Source: Ktedonobacterales bacterium (GTDB taxonomy: Bacteria > Chloroflexota > Ktedonobacteria > Ktedonobacterales > Ktedonobacteraceae). Taken from it: a stretch of 24,354 nt of DNA. The first letter of the stretch is position 1; every line of letters starts with the position of its first letter. Both the position numbers and the translations under genes were made by a program. Positions 15,958-24,354 of the stretch are shown here, in pieces. Location of the stretch: positions 1 through 24,354 of the forward strand of contig DAICZM010000015.1 in the NCBI GenBank assembly GCA_027311145.1. The letters run 5' to 3'. Under the pieces are notes generated by a model. It was not told the DNA's origin and made no database searches. It was given only the letters and a program-made list of their open reading frames with translations.

Positions 15958-16084
15958 CTCTGTCAAACCTCATGGCATACCTCTCCATGCCACCCCACAA
16001 AACACATGCGATGTAGTAACACCCTTTGTGGGGGTCATGCACACGCTGGCTCTCATGGAGAGGTATGCAATCACGTTTGACAGA
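15958..16084. mobile_element. ~127-bp palindromic MITE/REP-like element. It has 11-bp perfect terminal inverted repeats (CTCTGTCAAAC ... GTTTGACAGAG) and ~40-bp imperfect inverted arms around a central CCCCACAAA/TTTGTGGGG hairpin.
   Basis: Seen directly. The left arm is 15958-15996. The reverse complement of the right arm (16046-16084) matches it at 11/11 terminal positions, then over the 14-nt CATACCTCTCCATG block. It fills the gap between convergent ychF and the decarboxylase gene. A related half-copy is at 11238-11278. Confidence 0.45.
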
Positions 16085-16087
16085 GTA

Positions 16088-17569
16088 CTACGGGCGGGCG
16101 AGACGCTGTAGCTCGGCCCACAGGTCGCGCACGTCCTGCTCGGTTGTGCGCAAATTGCCAATCGCGACCCGAATTGTAAACTGACCGTGTAGCTTTGTAT
16201 GCGAGAGGAAGAAGCGACCCTGGGCGTTGATCTCGCTCATGATGCGCTCGTTCAGGGCGTCCAGTTCTTCCTCATCGTCCATATCCTGCGGATGGGCACG
16301 CAGGCAGACGAGGCTGAAATTGGTGGGAGCCATCTGCTCAAAATCGGGAGCGGCGTTGACCCATTCCGTGAGGTGGGTAGCCAGTTGGTGATGCGCGTGG
16401 ATACGCGCCGCCAGGCCCTCTTGTCCAAAGTAGCGCATAATCATCCACAGTTTGAGCGAGCGGAAACGTCGTCCGAGCGCATTGCCGTAGTCCATCAAGT
16501 TCGGCACCTCGTCGCCCGTACTCTCCGTGTTGCGCAGATATTCCGGCACGAGGCTAAAAGCAGCTTTCAGCACTGCCGCTTTGCGCGTGTAGAGTACGCT
16601 ACAATCGATCGGTGTAAAGAGCCACTTATGCGGATTGACGATCAGCGAGTCGGCACGCTCGCAGCCAGCCAGGACCCAACGCATCGCGGGGTCAATCGCC
16701 GCCATGCCACCATAAGAGCCATCGACGTGTAGCCAGAGACCATAGCGTTCGCAGAGATCGGCAATTTGCGGCACGGGGTCGATGCTGGTTGTAGAGGTCG
16801 TGCCAACGGTTGCGACGACCGCGAAAGGCTGTACGCCACGGGCAATATCCTCCTCAATCGCCTGCTCTAGGGCCGCGACATCCATGCGGAACTGCTCATC
16901 GGTTGGTATCTTGCGCAACCCCTCCTGACCGATACCCAGGACAATCGCGGCCTTCTCGACCGAGGAATGGGCCTCCTGCGAGGTATAGCAGCGCAAGGGC
17001 GGTAGCTCATGCCGACCAGCCATACCACGCTGGCGAATAAACAGATGGGGTGTCGCTTCACGGGCAGCCGCCAGCGCGTATAGCACGCCGGACGAGGCGG
17101 TATCGTTGATGACGCCAAAAAGCGGAGCTGGCAGGCCGAGCATCTGACGCAACCAGTCCAGCGTGACCTGCTCTAGCTCCGTTGCAGCGGGCGAGGTGCG
17201 CCAGAGCATGGCATTGACGTTGAGTACGCTGGCAAGCATTTCTCCTAATACGCCCGGGCCAGACCCCGTAATACCGAAATAAGCCATAAAGCCGGGGGAG
17301 TTCCAGTGCGTGATGCCAGGGAGCAAGACGCGCTCAAAATCGGCAAACACGGACTCCATTGGCTCTGGCTGCACGGGAGGGTGCGCGGGCAAGGCCTCAC
17401 GAATCGCTCCGGGCGTGTTGCGCGATAACACGGGATACTCGCCCACGTGCGCGAAATAGTCGGCCATCCAATCGACCATTTGATGACCATAGCGGCGAAA
17501 ATCGTCAGGCGTCATATCACCCAGCGCGCCGGGCTGCTGCGCAGCGTCCAGTATGTTCTCGTCCTGCAT
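16088..17569 (-). CDS. Group II pyridoxal-phosphate-dependent decarboxylase (aromatic-L-amino-acid / tryptophan / tyrosine decarboxylase family).
   Basis: 493 aa. The PLP-lysine region NPHKWLFTPIDCSVLY (S-x-HK motif) and the overall length fit the DDC/GAD group II fold. The RBS is AGAGGA. The substrate cannot be assigned from sequence. Confidence 0.8.
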   Translation of the reverse strand: MQDENILDAAQQPGALGDMTPDDFRRYGHQMVDWMADYFAHVGEYPVLSRNTPGAIREALPAHPPVQPEPMESVFADFERVLLPGITHWNSPGFMAYFGITGSGPGVLGEMLASVLNVNAMLWRTSPAATELEQVTLDWLRQMLGLPAPLFGVINDTASSGVLYALAAAREATPHLFIRQRGMAGRHELPPLRCYTSQEAHSSVEKAAIVLGIGQEGLRKIPTDEQFRMDVAALEQAIEEDIARGVQPFAVVATVGTTSTTSIDPVPQIADLCERYGLWLHVDGSYGGMAAIDPAMRWVLAGCERADSLIVNPHKWLFTPIDCSVLYTRKAAVLKAAFSLVPEYLRNTESTGDEVPNLMDYGNALGRRFRSLKLWMIMRYFGQEGLAARIHAHHQLATHLTEWVNAAPDFEQMAPTNFSLVCLRAHPQDMDDEEELDALNERIMSEINAQGRFFLSHTKLHGQFTIRVAIGNLRTTEQDVRDLWAELQRLARP

Positions 17570-17868
17570 CGTTAGCTCTATTCCTCTTTCTTATGCATTG
17601 ATGGTCTCCTGGTTATGCACCAACACGGCATAATCCTCACCTTCTTTCTGATACTGTATCATCTTTGTCCAGACAATATTCCACTAATGAAGAGAACGAG
17701 ACAAGCATAGCACAACAAGATTTTCAAGCACATTTTTACTTGATGGTGCAAAACAATCCATCAACGCTATAGTGTAACCCGTTGCACTTTTCTTACAGTG
17801 GTGCTATACTTTCAGCATTGGGGGATATAAGCGTACTGTTACATTTTCGTATATATCGAGGTGGCATC

Positions 17869-20253
17869 ATGACAGAAGATTCGCGCCTCATTGGCAATTA
17901 TCGTGTTATAGAAGAACTGGCACGTGGCTCGTTTGGGCGCGTGTACCTCGCACAACACGCAGTATTGACTAATCGCACAGTCGCGCTCAAGTTGATGCAC
18001 CATGTGCCACTCAACTCACAAGAAGAGGCTGAACGTTTTCTACAAGAAGCCAAATTTCTTGAAATGCTGCACCACGCCTATATTTTGCCCATTCTCGATG
18101 TTGGCATTCATGAAGGCATGCCCTATATCGTCTCTGAGTACGCTCCACAAGGCTCGCTACGCCAGCACCTCGAACAATTTGCTCCCACATTGCTGCCCCT
18201 AGAGAGCGTGCTGACGCTTGTATCGCAGATCGGGCAGGCATTGCATCATGCGCACGCGTTAGGGATTGTGCATCGCGATATCAAGCCAGAAAACATACTG
18301 TTCAATGCCAAAGGAGAGGCACTGCTCGCGGATTTCGGCCTGGCAACCATGATTGCGTCTGCGAGCCTAAAATCAACCACGACGGCAGGTACGCCGCGCT
18401 ATATGGCTCCAGAGCAATTTGAAGGGCACATCAGTCGTGAGAGCGACCAATATGCTCTGGCCTGTGTCACCTATGAGCTTCTGACTGGACAGCCGCCATT
18501 CACCGCCCCCAACTCAGCGGTTCTGATGTTCAAGCATATTTCAGAGACTCCCACACCGCCGACGCAGCTCAATGCAGCTATCCCGCCCTTTATCGAGGAT
18601 GCCATTCTGACCGCGCTCTCCAAAAAACGCGAGACGCGCTATCGCAGTATTCGCGCCTTTATTGGCGCGCTCCGCCTGCCAGCAGACTCACAGTTGTACC
18701 CGGCGCAAGTAACATTGCCAACCACAAGCGACTCAACCATCGTCCGCACCAAAACGTCGTCAACACAGACCAGCGCGACACACGCTCCAACAGTAGCAGG
18801 TAGCGGTGAAAGCACGTTGCAGGCCCCACGCACCAATGCTGATTCGCAAACCGTCAAACGTCAGTTAATCTCGACCGATAAACCTAACCTGGGTTCCGAT
18901 GAGCCAACCCTCATACGCGATTCGCCAGGGACAGCTTCGCCACAACGCAACGGTGTTGCCAACGCCGCCGTCGGTTCCACATCTACGCCCGCTCCATATT
19001 CCGGCATCCGCATCTCACGGCGCGCCCTGCTTGGCGGGGCTGCCGCGATTACGGTCATTGGCGGAAGCCTGGCCTGGCTCTCGCAAACCTCGCTTTTGCG
19101 GGCATTCTCGCTCAATATCAATCCCTATCACGTGTCAACCGTTCCACCGCACGGCATCACGCCAACAGGGATTGTCACATCAGTTCCACCTGTCAATTCA
19201 GCAACGCCCGCGCCACATCCAACCAAGATTGTGCCCACGCAAGCTCCTACTCAAGCTCCCACTCAAGCTCCTACTCAAGCTCCCACTCAAGCTCCTACGC
19301 CTGACCCAACAGCACCGCCTCAACCACCCCCAGGGCCAACACTGGGCAGTACCTTGTACACCTATAAACCTGGCTCCGGGCAGGCATATATTACCGCGTG
19401 GTCGCCCGACAATTCACGGGTTGCCGCAGGTTTCGCGGACTTTACCGCACAGGTTTGGAATAGCAGCAACGGCGGTAGGCTTGTCACTTATACGGGCCAC
19501 AGCGATCAGGTCTATGCCGTGGCATGGTCACCTGATAACTCGATGATTGTCTCTGGCGGACGTGACCGCACAGCTCAGGTCTGGAATGCCAGCAGTGGCG
19601 GGCATATCTACACCTATCTAGGACATGCAACTGGACCAAACCCTACCAACGGCACGATTAATGGCGTTGACAGTGTCGCGTGGTCGCCCAACGGCACGCG
19701 CATTGCCTCTGGTGGTCATGACACAACTGTCCAGATTTGGGACACGAGTGGCACAATGTACATGAAATACACAGGCCACACGGCTCCTGTGCGTGGCGTG
19801 GCCTGGTCGCCCGATGGCTCGATGATTGCCTCCAGTGGAGATGACAATACCGTCCAGGTCTGGAACGCCAGCAGCGGCACGCTCATCGTCAAATATACAG
19901 GCCATTCAGCGCGTGTCTGGTCGGTGGCCTGGTCAAACGATGGCACGCGCATCGCCTCTGGCAGCGATGATACGACCGTGCAGGTCTGGTACGCAACGAG
20001 CGGAGGTTTTCTGTACACCTATCAGGGCAATGGACGCAACGTGGACATGCTCGCCTGGTCACCTGACGGCAGTCGTCTTGTCGCGGGCTATTACAATGCA
20101 ACAGCGCAGGTCTGGAACGCAGCTAACGGACAGAACCTCTATACTTACCAGGGACATAGCCATCTTGTCAGTACGGTCTGCTGGTCAGCGGATAGCCAAA
20201 ATGTGGCCTCTGGCGATACTGGCGGCGTTGTACAGGTCTGGCGCGCAGTCTAA
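17869..20253 (+). CDS. Ser/Thr protein kinase fused via a TM segment and a Pro/Thr/Gln-rich linker to a C-terminal WD40 beta-propeller with at least 8 repeats.
   Basis: The start was trimmed to the ATG at 17869, with GAGGTGG upstream. The kinase motifs are GSFGRVY, VALK, HRDIKPENIL, DFGLA and GTPRYMAPE. The TM segment is LLGGAAAITVIGGSLAWL. The (TQAP)5 linker follows. WD repeats include VYAVAWSPD...GGRDRTAQVWN, VDSVAWSPN...GGHDTTVQIWD and VRGVAWSPD...SGDDNTVQVWN. Confidence 0.9.
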   Translation: MTEDSRLIGNYRVIEELARGSFGRVYLAQHAVLTNRTVALKLMHHVPLNSQEEAERFLQEAKFLEMLHHAYILPILDVGIHEGMPYIVSEYAPQGSLRQHLEQFAPTLLPLESVLTLVSQIGQALHHAHALGIVHRDIKPENILFNAKGEALLADFGLATMIASASLKSTTTAGTPRYMAPEQFEGHISRESDQYALACVTYELLTGQPPFTAPNSAVLMFKHISETPTPPTQLNAAIPPFIEDAILTALSKKRETRYRSIRAFIGALRLPADSQLYPAQVTLPTTSDSTIVRTKTSSTQTSATHAPTVAGSGESTLQAPRTNADSQTVKRQLISTDKPNLGSDEPTLIRDSPGTASPQRNGVANAAVGSTSTPAPYSGIRISRRALLGGAAAITVIGGSLAWLSQTSLLRAFSLNINPYHVSTVPPHGITPTGIVTSVPPVNSATPAPHPTKIVPTQAPTQAPTQAPTQAPTQAPTPDPTAPPQPPPGPTLGSTLYTYKPGSGQAYITAWSPDNSRVAAGFADFTAQVWNSSNGGRLVTYTGHSDQVYAVAWSPDNSMIVSGGRDRTAQVWNASSGGHIYTYLGHATGPNPTNGTINGVDSVAWSPNGTRIASGGHDTTVQIWDTSGTMYMKYTGHTAPVRGVAWSPDGSMIASSGDDNTVQVWNASSGTLIVKYTGHSARVWSVAWSNDGTRIASGSDDTTVQVWYATSGGFLYTYQGNGRNVDMLAWSPDGSRLVAGYYNATAQVWNAANGQNLYTYQGHSHLVSTVCWSADSQNVASGDTGGVVQVWRAV
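19237..19296. repeat. Five tandem copies of a 12-bp unit ACTCAAGCTCCY inside the kinase gene, encoding (TQAP)5.
   Basis: Seen directly. The units alternate CCT/CCC at the third codon. Confidence 0.8.
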
Positions 20254-20333
20254 AATAGCGAATTGTAATAATTTCCCACAAATTGTCGTCTGGTTCTATA
20301 AGGGAATAGAACCAGATGACTTGAGTAGATGCT

Positions 20334-20362
20334 TTCACACTATAACCTTTATCTGCTATAAT
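20334..20362 (+). promoter_or_regulatory. Sigma70-type promoter for the PBP-like gene: -35 TTCACA, 17-nt spacer, -10 TATAAT. Just upstream is a hexaloop hairpin (CTGGTTCTAT-AAGGGA-ATAGAACCAG, 20290-20315) downstream of the kinase stop.
   Basis: Seen directly. The -10 is perfect consensus and the -35 is a 5/6 match. It lies ~80 nt upstream of the ATG at 20442. Confidence 0.45.
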
Positions 20363-20441
20363 GATCTCATAGACTCAGCATTACAGACGCACCATTTTCC
20401 AGATAGCTACTAGAGTGCAAGTAGAAGAAAGGTTCTAGATA

Positions 20442-22316
20442 ATGGCCGCCCTCCCTCCAAACCCCAACGCATCAATGGGAAGAACCCCACCACCCAGTCC
20501 ACCACCCAGTAACCAGCATGCAGGACAAGGCTGCTCACGCGCCGCATTTTTTACACTGGGGCTTCTCCTCTTTATTGGTTCCGCGCCAATCGTTTATACA
20601 CAATCATTTAATAACGCAACGGCGAACATGCTGGCGTTGGTAGGTCTTATGCTGGCCTTTGTCGGGCTACCTTTCTGGTCTACTGTCACGGATAACATTT
20701 TTAGTTTTCTGGATAGATTGCTTGACAGTCTGTGGCAAGCCTTTAAGCAGGTAGTAAGCAACAACAAAAAAGTGGCTGGCTTGGTACTGGCCGCCTTGAT
20801 AGTACTCATTATCATCTTTGTTGGCCTTACAACATCACTTGCGCCCTGGCAGGTGCGCATGCCGCTGTGTGACCTCGCGCCTGTTGCGCAATTGCCAACA
20901 TGTGGGGATGGCATCGGCACAACACAAATGACAGTGACATTACCGATAGATCCAAATATTAGCATTAATACCAGCGTTGGGATCGTCGATGGTAGCCAGA
21001 ACAGCACAATTTTTAGCGATAAAGTCAGCAGCGTAGAGCAGCGCATCTTCACAGCCAATCAGAACATCTCGCGTCCCTTTATTACGCTGATCGTTGCTAC
21101 AACGCTGAGCGATGTGCCGGGCGATAATAACTCGCTATCGGTTGGGAACGAGGACTTGCAGGGCGTCTCCCTCTTCCAGGAAACCTATAACGGGCAGCAT
21201 CAGGAGAGCGGCAAGCAGGTGCGCGTGCTGATCGCTAATCTTGGTAGTGTTTCAACGTTAGATCAGACCTCAAGCTATGTCACGCGCCAGATCGTGCTGT
21301 TCGCGCAACATGACGCAACCTTCGCGGGCGTGGTCGGTTTTCCATTCAGCGGTTCGGCGGCGAATGCCATGAAGATCCTCGCGGGCTATGACGTGCCCGT
21401 CGTTTCACCTTCCGCATCCAGCATTGCGCTTTCTAGCCAGGCTTTTTTTCACAGGATTGCCCCACCCGATGACAAGCAGGCACAAGCTGCGGCAAATTAT
21501 ATTGCCAATCAACTGAGCCAAAACGTCATCGCAGTCTTTATCGATAGTGACCAGAGCGATAGCTACAGCAACAGTTTGGGCAATAGCCTGATTGCCGAAA
21601 TGCAGGCTCAGGGCAAGACGGCCTATACAGAGGCCTACACAGCCAACGATGGCAATAGCATCGAGGCGGCCTTGAAACAGACGCTTAAACAGCATCCGCG
21701 CCCAACGTTAGTGTTTTTCGCGGGACTATCAAAGGATTTCGATGCACTGCACGCTGACATCAATGCTTTCGCCCCCGATGTCAAGGCGATGGGCGGCGAT
21801 GCCCTTTATGAACTTGGTGGCTATACCGACAACTACAGAAGTTTCTACTTCACGGCCTTTGTGTATCCCGATACCATCGCGGTTTTCTGCCAGAATGATA
21901 CGTCCTGCTTGCCGCAGCAACAGCAGTTTTTACAGAATTTTCGCAATGCCTTTGACCCTGGCGACAAAAACGGGAGTAACTACGGAACATATGACATCGG
22001 ACGCCCTGGACCACACGCGATTCTCTCTTATGACGCAACGGATGCGCTGGAGAGAGCGGCAAATAGCCCAGGAGCATCTATCAGCGATAGGACAGAGAGC
22101 AAAGAGGGTGTGAACACGACTCTTGCTGCACTGACCTTTCAGGGCGTGAGTGGCTTTATCACATTTTCAAACGGTAGCAGCAATCCTGCCGAGAAGGCGG
22201 TATTAGTGCTGTGTGTGGATAGCCACCAGCATACGCAGCTAGCGGCCATCTATGGAAATTTCACGCCCAATCAGTCAAAAAATCCTATGTTAGAGAACAA
22301 TACATGTGCTTCGTGA
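20442..22316 (+). CDS. Membrane-anchored periplasmic-binding-protein type-1 (LivK/Peripla_BP_6-like) domain protein with a Pro-rich N-terminus.
   Basis: 624 aa. The N-terminus has PPNPNASMGRTPPPSPPPS and then 2-3 TM segments. The extracytoplasmic region VRVLIANLGSVS...GVVGFPFSGSAANAMKILAGYDVPVVSPSASSIALS...FFHRIAPPDDKQAQAAANYIANQLSQNVIAVFIDSDQSDSY follows the PBP1 pattern (xSs..a.a.a.ia.e.g.P.isp.ats..lt...FR..psd..qa.a.a.y...g.k.vavi..d..yg). Confidence 0.55.
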   Translation: MAALPPNPNASMGRTPPPSPPPSNQHAGQGCSRAAFFTLGLLLFIGSAPIVYTQSFNNATANMLALVGLMLAFVGLPFWSTVTDNIFSFLDRLLDSLWQAFKQVVSNNKKVAGLVLAALIVLIIIFVGLTTSLAPWQVRMPLCDLAPVAQLPTCGDGIGTTQMTVTLPIDPNISINTSVGIVDGSQNSTIFSDKVSSVEQRIFTANQNISRPFITLIVATTLSDVPGDNNSLSVGNEDLQGVSLFQETYNGQHQESGKQVRVLIANLGSVSTLDQTSSYVTRQIVLFAQHDATFAGVVGFPFSGSAANAMKILAGYDVPVVSPSASSIALSSQAFFHRIAPPDDKQAQAAANYIANQLSQNVIAVFIDSDQSDSYSNSLGNSLIAEMQAQGKTAYTEAYTANDGNSIEAALKQTLKQHPRPTLVFFAGLSKDFDALHADINAFAPDVKAMGGDALYELGGYTDNYRSFYFTAFVYPDTIAVFCQNDTSCLPQQQQFLQNFRNAFDPGDKNGSNYGTYDIGRPGPHAILSYDATDALERAANSPGASISDRTESKEGVNTTLAALTFQGVSGFITFSNGSSNPAEKAVLVLCVDSHQHTQLAAIYGNFTPNQSKNPMLENNTCAS

Positions 22317-22323
22317 TGCCTGG

Positions 22324-23112
22324 CTAGCCCGCAGTGGTGAGTTTTGTGCCACATTCGGGGCAGAAGCGCGCACCATTCTCGACGGGTGAGGAACATTTAG
22401 GGCAAAAGAGATCGGGCAAGGGCAACTTCGTGCCGCAGTCCTGACAGAACTTGCCGGGAGGTCCCATCTTGCGACAGGTGGGGCACATAACCACTTGCGG
22501 ATAGCCGGGTGTGCTATAGCCGGCAATGGCAGCAGGCGTGGGGGGTTGCACCTGCTGCTGCCCCGGCAACATCGCTTGCTGGGCCATTTGAGCCTGCTGC
22601 GGTTTGAGCATATCAGGAGTGGCCGCGGAGGGAAGGCCGCTAATGTTGAAGTGAGGTGCTTGATAGCCTTGCTCAAGCTGCTGACGTTGCGCGTCCACGT
22701 TCATATGATGTTGAAATTGTACGCCATCAGCGCGCAAATCGGGGGCGCAGCCGTCACCTGTGCAGAGGTTCAGTTGGACATTAAAGCAGCGCATGCAGAC
22801 GGTGCGATGGCATTTGGGGCAGAGTTGGAACTGGTGCTGTACCTGCCCCCAGGATTTTTGTAGGGCATTCGCTTGCTCGGTATGCCATTGCGCCCCATAG
22901 ATTTTCTCGCCCGCCTCAGCAGCTCGGCCCCAAAACCCACCTAACAGACCCACACCTACATCCATAATATTTGTGGCAGTACTCACAGAGGAACGAATGG
23001 GCGCACTATCGACAGACCAGCGGCACTGTTGACAGGTGAAGCGAAAGGCAAAATAGCCCTGGCCCTGATTGCTCATATCATCATAGATATTAGGAACGAC
23101 GTAATGCTGCAC
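22324..23112 (-). CDS. Hypothetical protein with a C-terminal double zinc ribbon (four CxxC pairs), a Gln/Pro-rich linker and an N-terminal Cys-containing domain.
   Basis: I called the start at the GTG at 23112, which has AAGGAGG 6 nt upstream. The ORF-track start at 23193 is TTG and would overlap degV. The C-terminus reads CPTCRKMGPPGKFCQDCGTKLPLPDLFCPKCSSPVENGARFCPECGTKL. Confidence 0.55.
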   Translation of the reverse strand: MQHYVVPNIYDDMSNQGQGYFAFRFTCQQCRWSVDSAPIRSSVSTATNIMDVGVGLLGGFWGRAAEAGEKIYGAQWHTEQANALQKSWGQVQHQFQLCPKCHRTVCMRCFNVQLNLCTGDGCAPDLRADGVQFQHHMNVDAQRQQLEQGYQAPHFNISGLPSAATPDMLKPQQAQMAQQAMLPGQQQVQPPTPAAIAGYSTPGYPQVVMCPTCRKMGPPGKFCQDCGTKLPLPDLFCPKCSSPVENGARFCPECGTKLTTAG

Positions 23113-23170
23113 AGGGATCCTCCTTTTGCAAAGCGCATGCATAGTGCGCATACATCTGTAGTTTAGACAG

Positions 23171-24016
23171 TTAGGGTGCGATAACAATCGCAACGGCAGC
23201 CGTGCCGGGACCGGTGTGGGTTCCCAGAACTGCGCCGAGCTTCCATCTCAACAATTCGCCATGATAGATCGTCTTGACGGCCTCCGCTAGTTGCTGACCA
23301 ACCTCTTCGCTGGCTTCTGCAATAGTGACATTTTCGATCTGACCCATCTCAACAATCAGTTGAGCGACGCGGGCATAGGCACGACTGCGCGTGCGAGGTT
23401 GCTCGATAGGCACAACCGCACCATCGCGTAGCGAGATAATCGGCTTGACGCTTAACATGTTGCCCAGCATCGCGCGCGCCCCACCAATACGACCGCCGCG
23501 TTTGACATATTCGAGCGTATCAAGAACGGCCAGAATGCGCGTGCGCCGCTGTTCATCGTTAACGAGAGCCGTGAGTTCTGCCAGGCTTTGGCCCTCACGG
23601 GCAGCTTGTGCCGCCCGCAGAATCGAGCGCGACATACCGACACTAATACTATGGGTATCAATTACTTCAATGGGAACAGTGGACCCACTCTCCTGCACAT
23701 TGGAACACGCAGTACAGGCGGATTGATAGGTACCGCTCAGCTTTGAAGAGAGATGAATTGAGAGAATACCATCGGCACCCTCGTCGATCAGGCGGTGGTA
23801 GGCCTGCTGAAAGGCGGCAGGCGATGGTTGTGAGGAACGGGGTAACGCTTTACTGGCTTGCAGTTTGCGGTAAAAACCAGCATTGTCTAATTCTATGCCA
23901 TCCAAATAAGCTTCTTCGCCAAAGAAGACCGTGAGTGGGACAACCGTAACGCCTTGCGCCAGCGCAATCTCACTCGGGATGTCGGCAGTGCTATCGGTGA
24001 CAATCCGAATTGCCAT
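23171..24016 (-). CDS. DegV-family fatty-acid-binding protein (FakB-type).
   Basis: IRIVTDSTADIP...VTVVPLTVFF...SSQPSPAAFQQAY...GILSIHLSSKLSGTYQSA is the DegV N-terminal signature. It is 281 aa. The RBS is AGGAGA. Confidence 0.9.
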   Translation of the reverse strand: MAIRIVTDSTADIPSEIALAQGVTVVPLTVFFGEEAYLDGIELDNAGFYRKLQASKALPRSSQPSPAAFQQAYHRLIDEGADGILSIHLSSKLSGTYQSACTACSNVQESGSTVPIEVIDTHSISVGMSRSILRAAQAAREGQSLAELTALVNDEQRRTRILAVLDTLEYVKRGGRIGGARAMLGNMLSVKPIISLRDGAVVPIEQPRTRSRAYARVAQLIVEMGQIENVTIAEASEEVGQQLAEAVKTIYHGELLRWKLGAVLGTHTGPGTAAVAIVIAP

Positions 24017-24062
24017 CTTATTCTCCTACATTACAGATGCCAGCTATCTGTTTTTCCTTTAT

Positions 24063-24354
24063 TTATTCTGCTGAAAGAATATACGCATAGTAAGGCTGAC
24101 CGCCGTTGACCACTTCGATCTCTAAATGCGAATATTGCTCTTTGATGCGCCGAATCGTCGCCTGCGCCTCGTCTTCTGTCACATCTACTCCATAGTAGAG
24201 CGTGACAATCTCAAAGCTGTCAATATTAATACGTTGCAACGTATCGCGAATAACTTGTTGCATATCGTGGCCTGCAATAGTCAGGTTGCCATTGATCAGA
24301 CCAATATAGTCACCCTCGCGCACACGCACGCCACCAATCTGCACGGTGCGCACG
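24063..24354 (-). CDS. C-terminal fragment of a DAK2-domain fatty-acid kinase subunit (FakA/YloV-like). The 5' end is beyond the window.
   Basis: The ORF is open to the window edge. The first codon in the track is an internal GTG. Its position directly upstream of degV matches the conserved fakA-fakB arrangement. The C-terminal ...EVVNGGQPYYAYILSAE resembles my recollection of FakA ends. Function is inferred mainly from synteny. Confidence 0.45.
   Translation of the reverse strand, partial: VRTVQIGGVRVREGDYIGLINGNLTIAGHDMQQVIRDTLQRINIDSFEIVTLYYGVDVTEDEAQATIRRIKEQYSHLEIEVVNGGQPYYAYILSAE

Noticed and set aside
18899-19546. 215-aa plus-strand ORF inside the kinase gene
   Set aside because: It is an alternative frame of the kinase linker and WD40 region. 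Its Pro/Leu/Arg-rich composition is artefactual.
23113-23193. TTG-initiated N-terminal extension of the zinc-ribbon protein overlapping degV
   Set aside because: TTG and the downstream ATGs lack an RBS. The GTG at 23112 has a perfect AAGGAGG 6 nt upstream.
1-24354. CRISPR arrays, tRNA/rRNA genes, integrases/transposases
   Set aside because: I saw no regularly spaced direct repeats with unique spacers. I saw no cloverleaf-like tRNA candidates. I found no integrase or transposase signature motifs. The only mobile-like items are the AT-rich segment and the MITE-like palindrome.

Overview
The window is 24.3 kb of mostly ~55-60% GC DNA, apart from an AT-rich (~30% GC) first ~540 bp. I judged this from the sequence by eye, so the database identities below are inferred from remembered family signatures, not from searches.

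The gene content looks chromosomal and origin-proximal for a Chloroflexi/Ktedonobacteria-like genome. It includes parA-parB, ychF and ricT/yaaT. There is a Ser/Thr kinase fused to WD40 repeats, orphan response regulators, and a fakA-fakB (DAK2 + DegV) pair at the 3' edge.

Supported CDSs, roughly in order:
- a partial AT-rich DUF3800-like gene at the 5' edge
- a YabN-like tetrapyrrole-methylase/MazG fusion
- a small zinc-ribbon membrane protein
- an SPFH/band-7 membrane protein
- RicT (PSP1 domain) with an unusual Cys/Gly-rich tandem-repeat tail
- an ANTAR-type response regulator
- a type I-beta DAHP synthase with an N-terminal regulatory domain
- a GT-C (ArnT/PMT-like) membrane glycosyltransferase
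- a NarL/LuxR-type response regulator
- an HD phosphohydrolase
- a DinB_2-like protein
- ParB and ParA
- a hypothetical membrane protein
- an FmdB-family zinc-ribbon protein
- YchF
- a group-II PLP aromatic-amino-acid-type decarboxylase
- the Ser/Thr kinase-WD40 protein
- a membrane-anchored PBP1-like binding protein
- a double-zinc-ribbon protein
- DegV/FakB
- the C-terminal end of FakA

The most interesting signal is a complete ribosome-mediated attenuator candidate upstream of the DAHP synthase. It has a near-consensus sigma70 promoter and a 25-aa leader peptide, MHNLKAKQLNTNTSFGFYYWFSPPA, with six aromatic residues in seven consecutive positions. It also has a long GC-rich hairpin overlapping the peptide's stop codon and a clean intrinsic terminator 35 nt before the DAHP synthase RBS. 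An ANTAR regulator gene lies immediately downstream.

Other notable items:
- an AT-rich foreign segment with a DUF3800-like gene and a perfect 21-bp inverted repeat
- a ~127-bp palindromic MITE/REP-like element with 11-bp terminal inverted repeats, plus a related half-copy 4.7 kb away
- Cys-Gly-rich C-terminal tails on RicT and the FmdB-like protein
- a kinase-WD40 / PBP-like / zinc-ribbon gene cluster
- a degenerate parS-like palindrome
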